This document shows positions 47,141 through 52,506 of a stretch of DNA of 52,506 bases, one piece after another. The position numbers and the translations under genes were made by a program. Positions within the stretch are counted from its first letter, which is position 1. Each line of letters starts with the position of its first letter. The stretch spans positions 1-52,506 of IMG/VR virus record IMGVR_UViG_3300023100_000005, one strand, 5' to 3'. The DNA is from a virus. Taxonomy: Duplodnaviria; Caudoviricetes. The notes under the pieces were generated by a model, which ran no database searches, had not been told where the DNA came from, and saw only the letters and a program-made list of their open reading frames with translations.

Positions 47141-47693
47141 GCACTGTAAACAAAAATTCCTACCTAAAGCTTTCCTGCAAAAATACTGCATGGAGCAACC
47201 GGAATGCATAACTGTTTTTTTGGCTGAAATGAAAAGTAAAAATTCACAAAAAGAAAAAAAGGATTGGAATGTGAAGAAAAAAGTGATGCAGGAAAAGTTA
47301 AAAACATTGGGTGAATATGAGAAAGAGGCGCGTGTTGAATTTCAAAAATATATCCGTATGCGTGACGAAAAATACGGGTGTATTTCATGCCCTACTGCTA
47401 TTACAGATTTATTTGACGGCGGGCATTACCTTAAAGCAGAATTGTTTTCCGGATTAATTTTTGATGAAGATAATTGTCACAAGCAGTGTAGGAAATGCAA
47501 TCATTATCAAAATGGAAATGAATTAAATTACCGTGACGGTTTAATTGCCAGGTATGGTGAACAATTTGTAAAGGATCTTGAATTAAAAAAAATAACCGGG
47601 CGGTTTTACAAATACACCAAAGAAGAATTAATATCTATTAAAGAAATTTATATTTTAAAACAAAAAGAGTATGGCAAAAGTAATAACGTTTAG
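47130..47693 (+). CDS. ninG: NinG/Rap recombination endonuclease
   Basis: CKHC...QKYC, YIRMRD..GCISC, DGGHY, FDEDNCHKQCRKCN, YRDGLI.RYG. Confidence 0.85.
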   Translation: MRCKHCKQKFLPKAFLQKYCMEQPECITVFLAEMKSKNSQKEKKDWNVKKKVMQEKLKTLGEYEKEARVEFQKYIRMRDEKYGCISCPTAITDLFDGGHYLKAELFSGLIFDEDNCHKQCRKCNHYQNGNELNYRDGLIARYGEQFVKDLELKKITGRFYKYTKEELISIKEIYILKQKEYGKSNNV

Positions 47694-48159
47694 TGAGAAA
47701 TTTCCTGCTTATCACCCAAAAGCGGGCCAGCCAACTTTTTTTGTGGAGAAATTCTGGGTATCTATAAAAGTACCATTGCCTGTAAGTGTACATGCTGAAC
47801 AATTAGAATCACGTGTAAGTAATTTAATGCTTGGTGATTTTAGACCTAAACACCATACAATAAGAATGGGTAAACGCTGGAAAGAAGGTGATAATTTCAG
47901 CCCTCGGATATGGTCTGGTAAACCATATAATTCAAAACAAATTATTATAGCGGATGACCAAATAATATTAAAAGTTTGGGACATTGAAAGTACCGGTAAT
48001 AATCATTTGTATATAAATGAAAAATCAATAAACCACTTTGATACTATGCGTTTGGCGGAAAATGACGGCTTGCAAATGGATGAACTTTTGGCATGGTTTA
48101 AATACCCTCAACCATTTAAGGGGCAAATACTTTGCTGGAATAATTACATTAACTACTAA
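47671..48159 (+). CDS. ASCH-domain-like protein
   Basis: KHHTIR...WSGKPY.SKQ...LAENDG...WF. Confidence 0.65.
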   Translation: MAKVITFSEKFPAYHPKAGQPTFFVEKFWVSIKVPLPVSVHAEQLESRVSNLMLGDFRPKHHTIRMGKRWKEGDNFSPRIWSGKPYNSKQIIIADDQIILKVWDIESTGNNHLYINEKSINHFDTMRLAENDGLQMDELLAWFKYPQPFKGQILCWNNYINY

Positions 48160-48160
48160 A

Positions 48161-48208
48161 ATTTAACATAAATATTTGCGCATATTTGTAAATATTTAAT
48201 TATATTTG
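48161..48208 (+). promoter_or_regulatory. promoter with ATATTT array
   Basis: ATATTT at 48172/48182/48192/48202; TATATTTG 48201-48208. Confidence 0.8.
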
Positions 48209-48251
48209 TTGCCTATTAATAGTTTTAAATTTTAATTAAAAAAAACAAACC

Positions 48252-48677
48252 ATGGAAAAAGAAAACCTGTACCAAGACATCCCAAAAGAACAGCGTGCAG
48301 AACGCTTGTCACAAGTTGCCGATAAGTCGGAAACTCAAAGAGTTCCGCGTGTTTATACATTGGAAGAAAAAATCCAAATGAAAGACCACGTTGTTGAATC
48401 GTCAATCCACATTAAAGAAATTAAAGCGGAAATGAAAGCCGTTAACAAAGAATTTCAAAAAGGATTGAAAGAACACGGCGAAAGTGTAAGTGATGCGCTT
48501 GACCGTATTAAAAAAGGATATTCCGAAAACGACGAAACGGTATTTATGATTGCTGACCATGATGCCGGCGAAATGAATACTTACGATGCTGACGGTATTT
48601 ACCTTTCAAGCCGTAAACTTCGCCCTGACGAACGTCAAACAAAAGTTTACAGTATGCACACTGGTACTAACGGATAA
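48252..48677 (+). CDS. conserved Bacteroidota phage protein (coiled coil)
   Basis: 141 aa, first gene after the promoter. Confidence 0.6.
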   Translation: MEKENLYQDIPKEQRAERLSQVADKSETQRVPRVYTLEEKIQMKDHVVESSIHIKEIKAEMKAVNKEFQKGLKEHGESVSDALDRIKKGYSENDETVFMIADHDAGEMNTYDADGIYLSSRKLRPDERQTKVYSMHTGTNG

Positions 48678-48789
48678 CTCAAATGGCAAACCGCCTAACG
48701 ATGGATAACAGTAAGCAACGTATTGAATTAAGCTGAAACGGCGTGGCCTCAGTCCGGGGCATTTTTTATAAACATTTTAACCAATAAAC

Positions 48790-49545
48790 ATGGAAAAAGA
48801 CAAAAAAGAGTTAGAAAAATTAGACCTCAATAAACTTGAGGCAAAAGAAGGTGTTTTGACTATTCAACACCAAACACTACCAACGCCACACCAACTAAAA
48901 CTTCACGAGGAAGAAGCTGTGGTCATTTATGGTACAATTTCAGCACCGGCAAATTTCTACACAAAACGAACCGTTGAAATTAACAATTCAAAATCCCATG
49001 TGCTTTATAACTACAGGGAACGTAAAATTAAATTGACAACTATTGAAGATTACAGCGAAAAAGGTTCAGAGATTGAAGGCGCATTGATTGTAAACCCAGC
49101 CATTAAACAGCTTGGCGTTAATCAGGAAAATACTTTTTTTGTAAGCGATATGGTTAAACACCTTCGTAAAAACAAATTTTACTTCGAAAATCCTGAATCT
49201 TGGAAAAAAGTAATTGACCAGTTACAAAACTTTTCGGCTAATGTTAGCAAGGAAATTGTAAAAGTAAACACACAAAACGGAAACATCCAGGATGTTAAAA
49301 ACATCACTGTAAAATCTAACTTAGAATTAAATTTCAAGTTAAAGATGCCTGTTTTTATTGGTGAAAAAGAAGAAATTTTCCCTGTTGAAATTGCTTGTGA
49401 CGCTGACAGTGCGCAAATTAAATTTTGGCTTGAATCACCGGATCTTATCATGTTGCTTGACCAAAACACCAAGGTGATTATTGATGCGCAACTGAAAAGG
49501 TTAGAAGAAGATTCTAAAAACGAATTAGTGTTCATCGAACAATAA
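48790..49545 (+). CDS. DUF2303/YfdQ-like conserved phage protein
   Basis: GTISAP..F, FKLKMPVFIGE, size and pairing with the upstream gene. Confidence 0.45.
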   Translation: MEKDKKELEKLDLNKLEAKEGVLTIQHQTLPTPHQLKLHEEEAVVIYGTISAPANFYTKRTVEINNSKSHVLYNYRERKIKLTTIEDYSEKGSEIEGALIVNPAIKQLGVNQENTFFVSDMVKHLRKNKFYFENPESWKKVIDQLQNFSANVSKEIVKVNTQNGNIQDVKNITVKSNLELNFKLKMPVFIGEKEEIFPVEIACDADSAQIKFWLESPDLIMLLDQNTKVIIDAQLKRLEEDSKNELVFIEQ

Positions 49546-49563
49546 AAATTAAACATTAACTTT

Positions 49564-49592
49564 AACCGGTGGCTATTGTCACCGGTTTTTTT
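49564..49592 (+). terminator. intrinsic terminator
   Basis: aaccggtggc-tatt-gtcaccggtt plus T-run. Confidence 0.75.
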
Positions 49593-49603
49593 AAACATAA
49601 ATA

Positions 49604-49882
49604 ATGGTAGACCAAAACGATACCCCACAAGGGCAAGGCCCTAAAGAAACTCCAAAAGTAAAGAAACAAACAATCCATGTGCCTCAATTAAAATCTTTTG
49701 TTTTCAAAAGAAAATGGTGGCAAAAAAAACAAACACAGGAAGAAATGGATGCCCAAGTTAACACTTTCATGAAAGAACAGGCGCTTGCCGGTAACAGTCC
49801 AATGCCAGGTAAATGTTTTGGTAACCACAGGACTGGCGAAATTGTTTACGTAATTGCCTACGCTGGCAAAGTAGAAATTTAA
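49604..49882 (+). CDS. hypothetical protein
   Basis: 92-aa ORF. Confidence 0.55.
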   Translation: MVDQNDTPQGQGPKETPKVKKQTIHVPQLKSFVFKRKWWQKKQTQEEMDAQVNTFMKEQALAGNSPMPGKCFGNHRTGEIVYVIAYAGKVEI

Positions 49883-50080
49883 TTTATTTGGGTCAGGGGC
49901 GCATATAACTCTTACGATTTCTTGTGGAGCGAAGACATTACACCTTAACTATAAAATCCCCGAGGTTTTGACATTATTTTATAGCATAGGCAAAGCGGGC
50001 CTCTTTAATTAATCGAAGCTATGTTTTGTAAAGAATGGCAGCTGGGAAAGACCAGCATTTTTAATAAATTTAAACTTAAA

Positions 50081-50404
50081 ATGAGTATGCAAAAAACAAA
50101 CGTACCTTACTACAATTCTGAGTTCATGCGCGGTTTTGTAGAGGCAACAATGGAAAATTGTGATGATTTAATTGGTCCATTTAAAAGCGACCTTTCTGAT
50201 TACGGAATTGATTTTACACCACAGCAAAGTGTTGATGGTGACTTCCGGATAAACATCCCTTATGCAATTATTGGCGATAACAGGGCTGATTTAATGGCAA
50301 AGGTTGACATCCGTTTAGAAGATACAATCCACGGCTTAAAAGTAAAAGTTGAGCGGGCTATTGAAGAAATTTGTGAAACAGTAAAAGAATTTAAACGTGG
50401 ATAA
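50081..50404 (+). CDS. hypothetical protein
   Basis: Likely start MSMQKTN within the 50021 ORF. Confidence 0.55.
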   Translation: MSMQKTNVPYYNSEFMRGFVEATMENCDDLIGPFKSDLSDYGIDFTPQQSVDGDFRINIPYAIIGDNRADLMAKVDIRLEDTIHGLKVKVERAIEEICETVKEFKRG

Positions 50405-51035
50405 AGAAGTTTGGAAAGATATTCCTGGATATGAAGGGTATTATCAGGCAAGTAAGTCTGGCTTAATAAAAAGTGTAAGAGCTGAAAATATATTTACAAC
50501 CCGTGGTAGAAAATTGACACGTAAGGTAAAAATACTAAAAACTAGTATTAATGATAGGGGTTATAAGTATTTAAGTCTGCATACTGATAAAATAAAAAAA
50601 ACTTGTACTGTACATATTTTAATTGCTTTAACATGGGTTGAAAATCCTGAAAATAAACCTGAAGTTAACCATAAAGACGGGAATAAATTAAATAATAATG
50701 ATTGGAATTTAGAATGGTCCACGCGTTCTGAAAATGTTCAACATGCTTATGATTTAGGTCTTTATAATAATAAAAAACCATGCTTTGAACATCACTACGG
50801 AAACAAATATCGTTTAGGCATGGTGCATTCTGAAGAAACAAAAGCAAAGATATCAAATTCAAAAAAAAACAAATTAATTAATCCAAACACTAAAAACATT
50901 AAATTAGTAATTGATTCGGAAACAGGCGTATATTATTACTCAATAAGGGAAGCCGCAAAATTTAATGATATCAAATATTGGTTTTTATTTGATCAAATAA
51001 AAAAAGGTACAAGTAAAAGATTCTTGCTATGTTAA
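50397..51035 (+). CDS. NUMOD4-HNH-NUMOD3 homing endonuclease
   Basis: EVWKDIPGYEGYYQAS, VHILIA, VNHKDGNKLNN..NLEWST.SEN..H, HSEETKAKIS. Confidence 0.9.
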   Translation: MDKEVWKDIPGYEGYYQASKSGLIKSVRAENIFTTRGRKLTRKVKILKTSINDRGYKYLSLHTDKIKKTCTVHILIALTWVENPENKPEVNHKDGNKLNNNDWNLEWSTRSENVQHAYDLGLYNNKKPCFEHHYGNKYRLGMVHSEETKAKISNSKKNKLINPNTKNIKLVIDSETGVYYYSIREAAKFNDIKYWFLFDQIKKGTSKRFLLC

Positions 51036-52506
51036 CAAAATTAAAATTCGGTAATTTCGGAAGGCTTGGAAACCAATGCCTACAATTGTGTAGCCTAATT
51101 GGGTTTTCAAAAAAATATAATAAGGAATTAGTGTTACCAGAATGGAATTATTCAAAATATTTTGAATGCACCGGCGTTAATTTTTCTAATAAATTACCCA
51201 ATAATTGCATAACAGTTAATGAATTATCTTTTCATTATACGCCTGATTTTTATGACAAAATAGACTACAATAAAAACATCAATTTTCATGGATATTTTCA
51301 AACTGAGAAATATTGGTCACACTGCATTCAAGAAGTAATGGAATGTTTTAAATTCAAAAAAGAATTTAAAGAAAATGTTGAGAAAAAACATTCTAACCTC
51401 TTTAAAAAAGAAACCATAGCAATATCAATAAGAAGAGGAGATTTTATACTGAATAGTAATTATGCGCAAATACCAATTACTTATTATTTTACAGCACTTG
51501 AAAAATATTTTCCTGGGTGGGAACAAGAAAAACAATTAATAATTTTTTCTGATGATATCGAATATTGTAAAATTCATTTTTCATCTTATGAAAATGTTTA
51601 CTACACAGAATCTGATCCTAAATTTCTAAAAAAAGAAAATTATTATAAAGAAAATTATAATGCTATTGAACAATTGTGTTTAATGTCATTATGCGATGAC
51701 TTTATAATTTCAAATTCTACTTTTTCATGGTTTGGAGCTTACCTTGGTGAAACATCAAAAAGCAAAATTATACGGCCTTTAAACACTTTAGATGGTGCTT
51801 TAAAAAAGGCAAACGACACAAAAGATTATTACCCTACACGTTGGACAATTCACGAGGAAGAAAGAATCGATTTGCGCGACATTACCTTTATGATTCCAGT
51901 ACATTATGACCATAGTGACCGAAAACAAAATTTAGGCCTTAATGTTTGCATGCTTCAAAAGCATTTCGATACGAATATTGTAATTTCAGAACAGGGTAGT
52001 GATCAATTTCATTATTTCCATAATTATGGCTGCGAATACATTAAATTCGATTACAAAGAATTTCACAGGACTAAAATGCTGAATGAAATGGCAAGACTGG
52101 CCAAAACATCAATAATTGTGAATTGGGATGCAGATGTTTTTATTTCGCCTTTACAAATTATGCGAAGTATTAAAAAATTGCGTTCTGAAGAATCTGATGT
52201 GGTTTACCCTTATGATGGTAGATTTGCCAGGGTGCCACGGGTACCAAACTTTAAGGGATTAGAACAAAGTTTTGATGTCGGTATTTTTTCAGGCCACCAG
52301 TTTAAAGGCACTACCAAAAATGATAAATTAAGCGTTGGTGGCGCTGTTTTTTTTAACCGTGCAGCCTATTTTAAAGGCGGTGGTGAAAACGAAATGTTTG
52401 TTGCTTATGGTCCCGAAGATGTAGAACGCGAAGTGAGGTTTACAAGGCTTGGATACAAAGTTTACAGAACGCCCGGTATATTGTACCACATGGATCATTA
52501 CAAGGG
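51029..52506 (+). CDS. bifunctional glycosyltransferase: GT11 (fucosyltransferase-like) fused to GT2/GT7-like GT-A domain; continues at 1-141
   Basis: Manual translation: GRLGNQ, GYFQTEKY, SIRRGD, IFSDD, SNSTFSWFGAYL; then FHRTKMLN, NWDADV, GGENEMFVAYGPED, LYHMDH. Confidence 0.85.
   Translation, partial: MLTKLKFGNFGRLGNQCLQLCSLIGFSKKYNKELVLPEWNYSKYFECTGVNFSNKLPNNCITVNELSFHYTPDFYDKIDYNKNINFHGYFQTEKYWSHCIQEVMECFKFKKEFKENVEKKHSNLFKKETIAISIRRGDFILNSNYAQIPITYYFTALEKYFPGWEQEKQLIIFSDDIEYCKIHFSSYENVYYTESDPKFLKKENYYKENYNAIEQLCLMSLCDDFIISNSTFSWFGAYLGETSKSKIIRPLNTLDGALKKANDTKDYYPTRWTIHEEERIDLRDITFMIPVHYDHSDRKQNLGLNVCMLQKHFDTNIVISEQGSDQFHYFHNYGCEYIKFDYKEFHRTKMLNEMARLAKTSIIVNWDADVFISPLQIMRSIKKLRSEESDVVYPYDGRFARVPRVPNFKGLEQSFDVGIFSGHQFKGTTKNDKLSVGGAVFFNRAAYFKGGGENEMFVAYGPEDVEREVRFTRLGYKVYRTPGILYHMDHYK

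Noticed and set aside
48685-48760. Hammerhead-like ctaacga...gaaac segment
   Set aside because: The core reads CUAACGA rather than CUGAnGA and stem II does not form convincingly
865-50862. Most minus-strand and nested ORFs in the track (e.g. 865-1074, 18097-18546, 23682-24107, 49179-49628)
   Set aside because: Antisense shadows of well-supported + strand genes, with no motifs or start context; only 9915-10139 was kept
1-52506. Alternative genetic code, tRNA genes, integrase or CI repressor
   Set aside because: Core genes are intact in code 11; no cloverleaf with a T-loop, and no recombinase or S24-peptidase repressor motifs seen by eye

Overview
The window is almost certainly a complete, circularly permuted ~52.5 kb long-tailed phage genome of a Bacteroidota host (TAnnTTTG/TTTG promoters, Bacteroidota-style lipoproteins). 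The last 8 nt (tacaaggg) repeat the first 8 nt, and joining the ends gives one in-frame 536-aa gene that is missing from the ORF track. Nearly all genes are on the + strand. Order: glycan-modification cluster across the origin (GT11-GT2/7 fusion, two SAM methyltransferases, Stealth-like phosphotransferase); small accessory genes; TerS, then a 4.2 kb island, then TerL; portal, minor head, scaffold, capsid; tail chaperone with a -1 frameshift, tape measure, tail tip, displaced major tail protein, adaptor proteins, SGNH spike and a signal-peptide-bearing fibre-like protein; lysis (amidase, holins, u-spanin); recombination, methylation and lambdoid-type replication (initiator with iterons, DnaC-like ATPase, NinG); HNH endonuclease. 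I found no integrase, CI-like repressor, tRNA, CRISPR array or reverse transcriptase. The strongest candidates for new biology are the glycan cluster, a 10-bp-periodic ATATT operator array on seven promoters with a candidate ribbon-helix-helix regulator, a fixed-spacing palindrome at late promoters, a repeated C...GKPA docking module in tail proteins, and two structured non-coding RNAs. All calls come from motif recognition by eye; no searches or folding programs were run.
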